Source: Chrysomallon squamiferum (Eukaryota; Animalia; Mollusca). From it: DNA of 64,000 bases. Positions within the stretch are counted from its first letter, which is position 1, and the number at the start of each line of letters is the position of its first letter. Shown piece by piece: positions 36,001 through 51,000 of this stretch. Location: positions 25,792,001 through 25,856,000 of the forward strand of contig CM022665.1 in NCBI GenBank assembly GCA_012295275.1, read 5' to 3'. A model generated the notes under the pieces. It did no database searches and was not told the DNA's origin. It worked only from the letters and a program-made list of their open reading frames with translations. The translations under genes and the position numbers were made by a program.

Positions 36001-39000
36001 TATTAATCATCGATACATATTTGAAATGAATATACTGATTTTTTTCGTTTTTTCAAATGTATAATTAATGCCAAATTTGAAAATCAATTTAACAAGAGAG
36101 GATTTCATGTCCTGTATTAGATTTGTATAGAATAAAAAATAATAAATAAATAAAATAAATAATAAATAAACAGGCTAGGTGTAGCTTTGAAATTACAAAT
36201 TATTACCATACCAAATTAATTTTAATCATAAACATTCAACCATGAAAGCAACATTAGTATGCATACTCTACAAAATGCTGATACTGATGCAGTAACAGAG
36301 AAACCAATTAAATGTCACCATTTCATTTTGTTAGTTATCTTACAAACTTCTTTATCAACAGATTATTTTATCAACAGTAAGCAGTTACTTGTTTTTAATG
36401 TTTTTCTCTATCTCTCCCATGTAAAAATTCAACACAAATGCTCAGGCATGTTTGCAAATGTACGCCCACACACTGTATTCTTTAGTTCTGAAAAGCATGC
36501 CAAAATTCACGAATCCTATTGACAAAATAAAATTAATTAATTAATTAATAAAAACAAAGTTTTATAGTTACCTGCAATTAGTAACACACTCATGGTGCTA
36601 CCGTCATGATTGTTGAAAATGTTAACTATCATAACAGCAGCATCGTCATTGCCCGAATTCTATACTGTGATGTAAGTTTCCACATACTTTAAATATATGA
36701 CACATTCCTCGAGCTGGAAGTGAAGTGGAGTCAACTGAACAAGTGCTGACCTACAAGCCATTACACATGCAGTTCCAACAAGCATAAACGCATGTCTAGT
36801 TCTGATGAACCTCAGACAAGTGTAATGGAGGAGATGAAAAATGTACATAAATTTCCACACAAGACACATCCACTGTATATTCAGAATAATAGCCAATGAT
36901 TCAGCTGATAAAGCTGTCTGTAAACAGATCTGTTAGCATATGATAATTTTAATTTACAGCCAGGATATTTTACAAATGTTATTTCCTTTAAAGTTATTAA
37001 TGACACTGTGACGTGTAAGGGAGTTTCATTTTATTGGATGTACCATTTATACTCATACCATATTAAAAAGATAATAAATATGTCCAAAAGCATTTCAACA
37101 AAATTTAAAATGCTTCTATGCAAATAAATGTGCTGTCGTAACAGATTTTACTCATTTTCTACTCTGTAATGTAAATGAATTTATCTTTGAGACAAATTGT
37201 CTGAACAAGTAAAATTGTAATGTAATTGTAGCAAGTCATTGAGAAATGTAATGTATATGAATTTCACACTAGCCTCAACGGAAATGTGCCTCAGACACAT
37301 CGGATGGACCAGTTATGAATAAAATACATCTGTGATTATCTTTAAATAAATATTTTCTTAATTACTCTCAACAAATGATAAAATCCATTTACTGGACATT
37401 TTATTTATCAATAAATGTTTAGTGTTTAACAGGTATCAAATGTCAATCAAAATGGAATGAGGCTATTTTCAGTTTCAATAATGAAACTAGAAAAGGAAAT
37501 TAGTTGCTACCACTAATGGGTTACTCTTTATTAGCAGCAAAAGATCTTTTGTAAGAACCTTCTCAAAGATAGGAAAAAATATAACATGGCCTTTTGATGG
37601 AGCCCTGGACACAGTAAGAAACAGACCAGATGATGGTGCACTGAAGAGGACTGATCCTGTGATCCACTTTATCTCACATCAGGAATTTTAACAAATTTCA
37701 GTGACTCTGCAGACACACCCTTTAAACAGGTTGTAAAGATGTTTTCAACAAAATGTATTTGTTGTTAAATGGATACATACAAGGATTGTATTCCTGGCAT
37801 CTGTTATCAATACATACAAGAAAAAAATATTGTTTTATGATAGATTTTCAGACGTGTCACAGCATGGATACATGATCAGAGAAAAAGTAAAATTGTACAG
37901 AAATATTCAAATTCATTAATCAGTTTGGTAGTGGTTTTTTTTTTTTATAAGCATTTCTCAAATGGATGTTGTATTTTTAATGGTTAAATTAAAAAGATTT
38001 TTCCTAAAATAGTGGGCAAAGACTGTTTAAACAACAGTTTGTTCCTTAAATAAATATTAAATGTGAACCTAGTCATTTTATTAAAAATTTAAAAAAAAAA
38101 TAAAATAAAATAATTAAAAAAAGAAACTACAGAATATGGCATGTAGCTGAATAGCATAATTATAAAGTAACCTCTGAATTAGTTACAATTGTTATTCCTT
38201 AGTGCACATGACCTAACTGTACAACCCATAGCAACATGATGTCTTCAGTATTTACAATTACTTCAGTAGTTGATAATATAGATTGTAACATACCACTACA
38301 AACCGATGTTACTAGTACATACTTAGCATACACAATGTCGTTGCCATGTCGTGGTTGCATCTAATGTGCTTTTTTAACACAGATACCTGTAGAATACCTC
38401 ACTTGTGTCTGCCTTTATAGGAGTGGCCCAGTTAATTGGTTGAGACAGGTTCCACAGGATTAGGCAAGCAAGAAAACCAGTCATGTGTTTGGGTGCCAAT
38501 AACATTGATTTTACAACAAACTGTGGTTGTTTATAATAAGCAGCTATGCTGAAAAAATAGCGCAAATCACTTCAATTAAAGTGTATGTATTATAATTTAT
38601 TTAACATTCCATACAATGCATAAAAAAAATATTTAACTTGAAACTGTATCTGAATAAATCAAAGAAATTAATATTTAACACTTCAACCCATGCAATAACT
38701 GATTAGGGAGGAAACTCACTATAGCATATCCAGATACTATCTTGATCAGTTAACAGCATTAAATTATTTTTTGTGTGTGTGCATACCACTACAACAGTGT
38801 TGGATCTGGGTAAAAACAACCCAAGCACTGCAGTGAGGTCTAATCCCAAGACCCATGTTGTATTATCACAATGCCAAAATAATTTTCTAAAACCCTGTCA
38901 AAAAAACATGGTGCATACTGTTGGTAAATTACATGTTAACAAGTAACTCATGGTAACTGAGCATGTTACTAACATCAGTAGTGGTCAAATAAGTTGGTCT

Positions 39001-42000
39001 AATACAACCATATCATGAACAGCATACCTGGCTTGATCCTTGCTGAAATAAACATTAAAATCTTTATTTTGAAAAAAAAAAAATAAGGTAAATTTAATTT
39101 TTTAAATTTTTTCCTTTCTTTTTACATTTATCAAATGGATTAAAACTGTCAAAAGTATCTAATAAAAATTTAAAATACATAAAATTATCTATGTATACAA
39201 CTTTATGCACACAGAACAATCTAAAAATAATCATGTTTGTACATAAAAAAACATAATAAAAAGTAAATTGTTGTATTTAATTCCAAATCTTGCATCATCT
39301 GTCCCACAAAACAAGCATTATAAAATTAAATGACCAAGGTAACTTCTAGGACTTTATCGGTGTAATCTCATATGCTAAAAAAGACATGTATATCAGGACG
39401 TACTCAAAACCAGCTGTAAACAAGTTAAAAAAAAAATGTACTAAAATTAAATTTCAATTATGACCTTGTAAAATTCCATCTTTACAAGTCATCTGTGGTC
39501 TACTAATCTCCCTCCAACCCTCACTCTACCAGAATAACCGTAAGAATCACGTTTAGTCATGGTGCAATGAAAAAGGAAACGTGAGTGTCCAGGCAGCCTC
39601 AGCTATGCTGAACATAGATACGACATACTTGTTCAGTCCAGTAGAACAAGTCTGATGACATTCTCTTGTCACAACCCACCTTTAAATACACAACGCAGTC
39701 GCTGACCATTAACAAGACCTCACGATTTAGTATACACAGACATACCTACATACAAAAAGAATGATCACAGGTTTATTGTAATGATCCTCTAAGCAACTTT
39801 GATATTACTTGTAGCATAAACAAGTAGTAGTAAGTGCTGATTTAAATTGTAATCTTAAAAAGTCCTTACAAAATTAAATCAATTAAACCCAATGATATTA
39901 AAATAAAATAAATCAATATTAATAATTATACATAAAAAAAAATTGGCAGGCTATTTTCGTCTAATTTTAACAAATTTCTATTACAAAATAGTCTGTGTCC
40001 AAAACAGTTTTGACATTACAAATTAATATTAGATTTATACATAGATCTACATAATTAATATTCCTATTTGATACAACTGCCATGACAAGCCAAATGGTCG
40101 TTGATAAATTTTTTTATTTTTTTATTTTAACTTTGGCCTTAATGTATATAAAATGTCCATAAGGCTTTAAAATTGTTTTTCCAGTACCTACATTTCATAA
40201 TTTTCAATTGGAGGTAAACCCTGAAACCCCCTTAACTAATTTGCCTTCAATGTTAAAATTGTTCTGGCTGTCCTGCATATATTATTTTTATAGTTCAACT
40301 TTATCAAGACAAGCAGTCAGTGCACCAAACTAATTATACTTGTTTCAACATTTCAGTTTTATATAAAAACACTAGAGGTATATGATAATAAAGATATATT
40401 GATGTTTTTAATAAATATCAGATATATCTATAAAATACAGTTTAAAATCTCACAAAGCTGAACCATATAACTGACCTAGACAGTTTGTCCTCTGTATAAA
40501 TACTGGTGAATGCTGGTTTCTTTTTCTATAGCTATTAGGATCAGTTGAAGGTTGGGGTCTAGTGAAGATTCATAATGCACACAAATAAATCTTTACTGGA
40601 CAATTCAGAAATATGTTAGCATATTAATGTAAAATACAGTCATATCTTAGCTAATTACATGATTGTTATTTTGTTTTTAATTTATTCAAATACTGTAATA
40701 GAACTATATATATATATATAGCAACAAATATTATCAAATGTTATTTATGATGTCCAGAAGGCTTTAAAATTGTTTTTCCAGTACCTACATTTCAAAATTT
40801 TCAACTGGAGGTAATATATATTCATTAGATAATAAAACATTCTTTCATTTTGTATCTGGTAAATCAACTGAAAGTGTGCACATGTACTTTCAATAAAAGG
40901 TAGATCTGAAGAAAAACAAAAAATGTCTAAATGTAGCCATCTGTAATTAAATAGCTCAGGTACCATACTGGCTGTTTAATGGAACCTAACGACAAAAAAA
41001 AGATGTACTAGCATATGCATTGTAAAACATCTGAAACCAAATAAAATAATCTAGTCCCATTTTTTATTTGTCACATATTAACATGTTCTGGTTCAAGTTC
41101 ACAAATCTGTTTCAGTAAGTGTTCAGTTCTGAATAGTTTATCTATACCACTAAGCATACATCTTGGAGATTAACCCATACTTTTGGCTGGTAGCCCTGTA
41201 GAATCAACATGAATATGCATGCCCAACATATTGAGCTATTGTTTGAAAAGTATTTGACTCATTCCAGAAACCCCCCCTAATATACATATAAACCTGTTTA
41301 TGACTTGTAATAATAATAATAATAAATAATAAATAATTAATATTAACAATATTTTAAAAAATATATATATATATTTTTTTTTAAAAACAATCTCTCTATT
41401 TATGCACACATTTTTCGACAAAAAATAAGCAATTCCTTGACAGCCAGGACATACATCAGGGTTATATTTATATTTTTAAATCAGTTTAATGTTATTTCTC
41501 TCCGTTTTAACCTAAAGCGAAAATGACTATTGGCAATTTAGTCACATGATTAGTCATAATATAAATTTGGTGAATCTACTAGAAAACAAATGTGTTATCT
41601 TCTTATATTACCTGTTGAATCTTGATCCAGCTCATACATTTGGAATGCAGCTAGTTTGGGAACTCCTTTTTTCACATTAACTATTTTTTTTCTTTTATCT
41701 ATTAAAAACAAAAATTATGTTACTCGTTTTAAGTCATTTTCTTGTTTCATTACAATTACTCTTATCTTGCCATGGAACTGAAAAAATGTGTTAAGATTTG
41801 ATATCTGAATACTACTTCTTTTTGAGATATATTTGTTAATCTGACAAAGCCTGCATATACAACCATACACCAAATGAATCGAATGGAAAGCAGTTGGAAG
41901 GTTCCTATCAAACATGTGCCAGCAGTGTAAATTGTTCCCTAACTCAAAACCAGGTAGGTAGGTAAGGTGTTCACTGTAGGACTTGAATAACAGCCAACTC

Positions 42001-45000
42001 TTTTATCTCAGCAGTACAGTGCACCAGACGTATTATATTCATCCAAAACAAAAAAGTGAATTATTATAAAATAAATATGCCAACCTGCTTTCTAATTAGA
42101 AATTGTTAGCACTGGTCACTGTGGCATATTATGTACAACTTTGATATGTGACTAATAAATTATGCAAGTATATGCATGACTATAAAATGGAACAGCTGCT
42201 TGTATTTAATGAATAGTGGCCTGATATATGTGTGACAATTTGGCAAGGAAATCTGGTTGATTTTCACAACAGCTGCATAAAGAATGTGCTTACTATAATT
42301 ATATTAAAAGCTAAATTCAGTTGCATTATTTAAAAACATAACTTTTCTTAAGATAATGAATTCAGATTAAATTTTGTCAGTTTTAATAGCTTTTACTGTA
42401 TCTAAACTGCTTCCTAGGTCAAAAAATTATACCTGGACTCATATTTTGATAAAAGAAATACTTAGTTAAGGGAAGTATCTGCCCCTTCAGTTGTGGGACT
42501 TTTTAAATGTCCTTTCTTCTAACTACAAACTTTGTTCACCATGCATTATGTATTATAGTCATGTTTATATAAGGTTATGAAGTTATCAGGAAGGAGGGGA
42601 AAAAAAGATTGAACAATTACTCACCAGTTATAATATTAACGAAGTTCATTGAATTTTATACATCATAATTTACCAGCAATTCTCTACCACTACTGTTCAC
42701 CAGCTTTCACACTTTGTTTTGTATATGCAGTCTCTGCCAAATGTATAAATGGACAACAAACAAGTTAAGTAGCTGTTACGTAAGGGCTAATTCTTAACAG
42801 GGTATTTATTTCATAACTATATCCAGCAAAACTTTCACATGGTTATGCTCTGCCAGCCATGGCACAAAATCCAGTGTGTATCATGTGACTTGATCATATG
42901 ATGTTAGTGATTTTCCAGTGGATGAACCTATGTGGTAATGCTCTGTAATCCAGGAGATGCATACATCCTGGCAGGTTTAATAAAGAAGCCATCATGGGTC
43001 AGTTATCATTTTACAGCAACGTGCAGACCAGTGGAAGTAAAATGTTCACACCAGCTCCATTTTTATGCACAATTAAATGTTACGTGTCAACAGCAAATAA
43101 CACAGGCCACAATTATACACTAAACATGTCAACAAGTGGATATATATTGTAACAGTGCTTGGGGGTTAACTGTCTTGAAAAAACAAACAAAAAAACCCTC
43201 TATTCAACCTTATCTGCTGTGATGAAATGGTCTTGTCACTAAGAGGACAAACAATATAAATAATCCACTGAAGTCATGTGAAGCAAATATGTAGTCTGTT
43301 GTTTGCAAGACTGTTTAATAAATGATATATTTGCAAGTGTCTCATTTCTAGCCAGACACATTTTGAAGATATACCATACTTTCTGTGAAATATTTTAAAA
43401 GAGAGGAAAAAAGAATTAAAAATTAAAAAGGCCAATACAGATTTAACACAACCTATGTTTGATGTAATTTGTAAAAATCCCTTTGCCATTTTGCAGTCTC
43501 TAAGTCATTTCAAAGACTATTGCATTCTGGCAAAGTTTCAAACTGGGCAAAGATAAAATTCATGTTTCTACTGCAGTGGAATTCTATAGCTGTACATTTC
43601 AGTGACCTGCTACTTTATCAGTCCAAAACTTCAATTTTAAGTGTCTAAATCACAGGCTGAATGGCTGAATCGAGAATTGAAGATCCATGACAGAGATAAT
43701 GCACCAGATAATACATGTTAAATGTGTTTTGGATTCTCAACCGTTTACCTGTTTATTCTGATTTTTGTTTTTTTGTTACACAGATCCTCACTAAGTATCT
43801 CTTCTTTTCCCCAGATAATACCCAACTGATGATTTAATTATCATGTTTTAGTTTTATTAAAAAGAATCTGAAACAGATATAAAAGAAAAATAATTAAAAC
43901 AAAATAAAATGACATCAAACAGAACATTTCAGAGAAATATTCAGGTCAAATATGAGACATTTATTAGAAAGATGCACATATGCATTAATACCATTGGATG
44001 AAAAAAGAATAATGAATTTTTTTTTTTAAATTGATAGCTAACAAAGTTTTTCGGGGGGGGGGGGATGCTAACCAATGATTAAAGTAATGATTGTGTGCTG
44101 TTTGTATACAATACTAGTAACACATTTATAAAAGTATCCCTCAAAACATAAATAGCAGTATAAAAGGGACCTATTAATATTTACAGACACTAGTGTTGAA
44201 AAATAACAATTGTGAAAACAAGTTTAACAGTCATAAAACCAATGCTAATGTACTATTTCAAGATTCTGTATTCATAGGGCTTACTGTTCGTGACCCATTT
44301 AGCCTCATGTGATATTAGAATGACAGTATCCATAGCATACACAAATTTTTTTTTTTTACTTTACACATTAATGGATTCCAATATTTAAAAAAAGAAAAAA
44401 AAATTCTTCTTCATGTAAGTTATATATATTTAATACTATTCATCCCCCACAGCAGGTATACTAGTTAGCTAGTTTACTCTTTTAGAAGGTAATCCTAAAA
44501 TTCTGCATTTTTTGACATAAATTACATGCCATATGGCAGTCGTATATCTTACTGCTATTTCTTTTTGGAAATTTGTAACATGTATGTAATGAAATAAAAC
44601 AGACTGAAGTCACGGTATCTTGTTTATATTGTAAAGACGTCATTAACATATATCCAACATTTTTGTCTTGAGTCAATCATTAACTAGTGTTACACCTAAC
44701 GAATTACAACATTTTTACACTAATTTACTCACTTTTTCAAAAATATTCAAAATATATTAACTTACATTTGTATTACTTAAAACTACATTAAAATACTTTT
44801 TAATATTTTATCTGCAGTCATGTTAACCCGTTATCGAATAGTTTTTAATACATATATGAAATAAGTGAAATGCATTTCTCTTCTTCAAATTATATTCACG
44901 CTTGATATTTTTCTAACAATATACAAGCCTGTTTTTTCTATATAAATGATGTCATATGTCAGACTGCACTTTACATTGGTATTGGTGCATTGCCAATAGT

Positions 45001-48000
45001 TAGTCTTCAATTGTTTGTTAGATTATAATCCCCTGTACTAAAGGTTTGTCTTAATTCACTGTAAAATGTTGATCTAGGCATTCAGAATCTGAAAATATTT
45101 TTCAACAATTGTCTTTGTCAATAATAAGAATGTAATAAATAAGAGAATTAAGATGGGGCAATGCCAATGAAAAATAAACACTTGTTGTTTAAATATAGAT
45201 GAAAACCGATAAAACTTTTTTTTTTTTTTTTTTTTTTCTCAGACATTTCTGTACTGTCGAACATTTTGGAAACTCTTTCTAGAAGCAAGTGGCCACAGGA
45301 TGTGTATTTTAAAAGTATTTTTTTTTATACTTACAGTAATGCAGCAGGAACAAAACAAAGTAATTTTATAGATTCATGCTAGAAATCTTTAAATCTCTTT
45401 AAATTATGTGAAAATAAATTTTTTGTTTCTGCATTAGAAGTAAAATTTAAGTTGTTTCATGTAACAGGTTTTAAAAGAAATAAGTATTTTAAATTAGATT
45501 TAGCTGGCCAATCTTTTTGTTAAAAAATCAGTTTCTTAATGCTCATCATTTCTTTTTTTGTCACATACATATATACTAACCACATTGTTAAAATTTGAAT
45601 TTTGGGAGAATCATGTAAAAAAAATGTAAATTCAAAATCAGAATGGATCCAGGTTTTCAGAATACAAGGTTTCTACCACTGTGGTAGGTGTAATTTACAA
45701 CATGAAACAAATTTCTTTATTAAAAATATATATGTATATATAATTTAAAAATTCAGCTGAAAAAAAAGAAGGTTGGTGCAAACCAGGTATAACATACAAG
45801 ACATTACCTGGCATCAGATAACATGGATAAAATAATAGATTTTATTAAAAAATAAAATTAATTGCAATCTTGTGTAAAAGTATAAACATAGCAACCTTAA
45901 TACAAACTGCACACATTTTTAATGTTGAAAAGGCTAGTAATGTAATTGATTAGTTTGAAAATATGTTTCCTTGGTAGTTGTCTGTAAGCCAAACACTTGA
46001 TATGGATAATTATAGGCATAGCTACAAGCCTGCAACATTCCTTAAGTTCAACAGACAGCAAGAAAGTATTTTAAGCTGGGTAAATACTATTCTTATACAT
46101 ACTAAATTAGCCACAAATTATTGTAAAATCACCTATTGCAACAGATCTATTAAACAAGACTGTAACTGTAAAACCAATTTTTGTTTTCATACACTATTAA
46201 AAGAAATCATAGGACTTAATTATTTCCTATTGGTGAATATAAAGTTCAGTTAATTTTTAAAACAGGAAGGCTGTTAAACAATACAAATAGTCCGAAGCCA
46301 GTTCAATCACATTAATAAATTTGTACACTAACTGCTTTATTTCCATTTAGTTTCAGTGTATTTGGACATCAGTACCCAATTCAGACTATTTATTTGTGAA
46401 AACTTTTCTTCAATATAATTTGATTATCGAAGTGTTATGGATGGAACATAGAAAGAAAATCTGAGAAAAATAATGTATGCACTCCATAAAGATAATTATT
46501 AATTTTCTTAATCAACAGTTTTGAATAGTTTCCTATATCTGATCCACTGTAGAGAAAATATGTTTGGTAAAACAATTTTCACTATATAACATGGTCATTG
46601 ACATCAAAACTATCAAAAATATTGAGAAAATAAATAAACCTACTATACCTTAACAATACAATATGCACTTACATTACATGCACCTTTAAAAAATAATCAA
46701 CAGTAAGTACTGTACTGTTACTGCAATGTATAAGTAATATACTTACCTTTTGTTCAAATAAATTTCTTTATTATTAATGTAATTGTTAGTTTCCTAAAAT
46801 AACGAACCCATTTTTATATCAGCCTACACACAAATGTATATATACTACCCTTCCCCAACTTGTAACAGTAAAGAGTATTATATTGTGGATGACATATGAG
46901 CTATATGTCACCCTAACACTAGTTACCAAGAGAAGGGTATGTGTAACATTATAATATACTGTGCTATATTTAGCATGTGCTCTATCTGTAATCAAACAAT
47001 CTGAGCTATAGTGAAGAAATCCTCAGTGGAAGCAAAGTAAATTGTTGGCTGCTGGGCATATAATCATTGTAGTGGTGGAAGTATGTGGTATACATGTTAC
47101 AGGAATTTTGCTATTGTCACTGTGATTGCCACTTGCCAAAAGGACACAAACTGTCACACAGGTGTTTGCCAGAGTAAATGTATTATATATATAAGATATT
47201 ATATCACAGTTCAATATTAACTGCATTAATTAATGGAGTGAAGAAGATATGTATACATGTGTGTGTTTTGTAAGCATGTACACTTCACACACTTACTATT
47301 ATTAAATATTTTATTTTTTTCTTCATTTTTAAAATATAAAACAAAAAATAAAAATAAAAAGAATCATCTATTACATTCTAAATAAGTGGGTTGTGGCTAT
47401 ATGGTTATCAAAGGCCATGGTACAAACTTTACATGCAAGGAAAAGTGTAAATGAAATAATCCTTGTTGCTAACTGATGAATATGGCAGCTGGTTTCCTTT
47501 GTTGTCATCTTGCAAAAATAATCACATCTGATTTTTAAATACTGTTAACATCAATATGCTGTGAGGTATCATTAAATTTAAATCCCAAATCAGAAAACAT
47601 ATATCATTGTTGACATACATCACATTTACAATAACAATACTCATCTAAGTAGTCATCCACTTAGATCTGATTAGGAAAGGCTAATCAATACTTTTAATGA
47701 ACATTTTTTAACCAGTATAAAGAATACTTTACATATTTCCAATATATTAATACCAGTATGCTGTTGTATTAAACCAAACATACAGTTACAAACTGCAGTA
47801 ATGTTTGCTTCAATTACCGAACATTTGTTTGTCCCAGTCATTCACAGATTGAAACACAAAACAAAATTATATGCTTCAGTTTCACATTCACAATACTATA
47901 ACACAAGGCAATACAAATAATCTGACAATTAAACAATGCAATTTTAGTTTTAAAACAGTGCACTGAAATCAAAATGACAGTCCTTTTACATCAATTCTAT

Positions 48001-51000
48001 ATCTGTAATAATTAATGAAAAACAATTTAAAATTTTTTAAAAAAAATATGAAAAAAAAAAAATAACCTTCATTATATGTTATTTTGGTTTCTAACAGATC
48101 CACAGCTGTGTAAATTACAAGGTATATATCATAATAAAATAATTTTTAAAAAGTCTGAAATTTGCCTACCATTCCACACTGCTCCAAACTGGTGTGCAGA
48201 AGAAAGCATTTCCAGAGGCAAGTTCACTGGGCTAGGAATGATCATGTTTAAAATCCTGCTACCAAATACCAGATCCACTCATCTGCAGATTTACCCCAGA
48301 TATATCACAGAATATTGTTTCAGCCGTTGCTTGGGAACCCCCTAGCTGTTCATCAGGGGACACAAACAGACTTTTGGTTGCTAATGTGATCTGTGTTTTA
48401 CAGATCTTCAACACTACCTGCCATGTGGTCATTCAAACATGTTACAGGGAGCACAGAGTATTACATAATATGTACACAAAACATCTGATTGGTGTGCTAA
48501 GCTGTGCTTAATGATATCAACTAATTAGCACTGTAACTGAAACTGCAAAACAATGAGTCTAAATTATCAGTGTTTATTAACTACACATGGAGACAGACAC
48601 TTAAGATTTAAACTTTCATCATCATTAAGATTAATCTTAACAATCTGCTTCAACTCTTACATAATCATTTTATTTACTTTTTTTGGTGGACATTGTTTCA
48701 CCTCACTCAATGAAGATTTTCTTGTGTTGTAAACAGGTATAACATTTTAAACTTTTTCATTAATAATACTAAATGAAATATTTTGGGGGAAAAGGACTCT
48801 TTTTTAACATTATAAATATTAGTGGAATAAATGTTAAAATGTAAGTGACAGGCAAACACTCTTACGCCAGATATGGATCTCTTAATTTCACAAATGTTCT
48901 ATTTGTTATAATTTTGTGATGAAAATAATTTCCATAACTTTTATCATTTTACATTTCATAAATATGTCGTTACATTTTGAAACAAAACATTTATGCTTAT
49001 TATGTATTGTAGCATTAAAATTAATGCTTAAAACAAATATTCTATTTCCATTTAGAAAAAAACCCTCTTCAATATCAAAAAGAAATAATTAATTCATATT
49101 TCTTACTGTGCACCAATATTCACAGAAACAAATCATTAAAATTTACTCAAGTCACTGTGATAACCCTGGAAGTAAGCCAAAACTGTACCTAGAGCATCCT
49201 CCCACTACTAGAGGCAAGGAAAATGTAGATCAATACCCTTAGAAAAATTTTCTTTGCTAAAAATAGAGCCAAGACATTTCTAAATATACCAGACAGTACA
49301 CAGGGCAAGATGTGGGGTTCCTCGTTCCAGCCGTCTTGATAAAGCAAGCCATTTTACTAATAAGGAAACCATGAAAAGACTATGGATCAAATGTTAATAT
49401 TTTTCTCTGTTATCACAGTATTTTGACAGGATATGAGTGTACTGCATATTTGAGAATGTGGTGGTTTGAGGATAAAAAGAAATAAAATAAAATAAAAATA
49501 ATGAAATACGTCCCATATATTAAATATCTTCACTGATGTAATATAATGATATGGTTGGTTACAGATAAAAACAGTGAAAATGCAGGGTCTCAGATATGTA
49601 TGTGCTTATAGTTATCTATTGGATTATATTATGCGGGGTACAAGGGTTCGATAAATTATTTAGCAACTGACAGGTGGAAATATAAACAAATGCAGAAATA
49701 GTTTTTAATACAACATGCATATACTATTCCAGTTTAAAATTTTATGCATGCATTTTATTTTCATTTATATACTATTTGCAATAATGTGTGTGTGTGTGTG
49801 TGTGTGTGCATGTTTGTGTGCATGCACGCACAAAATTGAATACTGTACATATACAAGAATAAACAGAATTTATAATGACACCACAAACTGTTCACTTGGA
49901 TTTAAAAGGCTCACGTGGAAAACATTTTTTAATGAATTGTTTCAACATTTTAAAAACTTGCAGAATAAATTACTGTATTTAATATGTCACATTCCTAATG
50001 AAAACAGAGTGGGGGAATAGCTTGCAATTGATGATGATATTAACTAATTTGTATTCTTATTTATAATATTTTTAAGACAAGTTAAAATCAATGACAAGAT
50101 TTAACATAAATATCAATATCATTTAGCAAAAACTTTAATCACATTACAAGCTACTCTCATAAAATATGGATAATTATTTCAAAATGTACATGTCCCTAAA
50201 CAAGATAAATTACATGACAATTTGAAATTAATTTAAATGTAATAATTTCTGTAATACTTGATAAATGCAGTCTCTTACAAAACATGATCATTCATACTAT
50301 GCTGTTGGTATATTTTAATAGATGAAACCTCTTCAGAATATATGCAGATTAATTCGCATTATGAATGAAACTAAAGATTAAATAAACTGTTAATGTCAGA
50401 ACAAAATGGCACCCAAAATCAATAAAATGTGTGCAACATGATTTTAAATGAATGACCAAAGTGGAAAAAGAATGCTAATTTTTTGGCCTAACTCCAAACC
50501 ACAGTAAACTTAAGCAGGTTTATCAAGATACATAGTATACCCACACACAATATTATATGTACCTACACCTACACACAACCTAGTCAAAAGATACCCATTA
50601 AAATCAATTCCCACATTTTTTAACCAGCTCTTGGGTGGTAACCTAGTGATCATGTGAAATATGTAATATATCCATGAATACTTGTAAAAACATTTACAGA
50701 ATTTTCTTTACCATATGTTACTGAACAGTTCATTCTGAACACCATGTTAATGTCAAATTATGTATTGACCTTGCCTACATTTATGTTCCTCTATTTGTGT
50801 GTGTACTTATTACAATGTATATATCTGTGCCTATGTACTCTATGCATATGCATGTACATACAAACTGGGTGCAAGTGTATATACATTCATTTAATACTGT
50901 AGTTACTGAATAGTCCACTAGAATTCTTTTTTAATGGAAAAAATGCAATGTTTACAATAATAATACATTCTGTGTAACAATTACATACTTCAGAATAATT

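Noticed and set aside
46741-46790. Perfect donor AAG|GTAAGT in Nova intron 1
   Set aside because: In-frame TGA immediately upstream, and no nearby acceptor or start; most likely chance.
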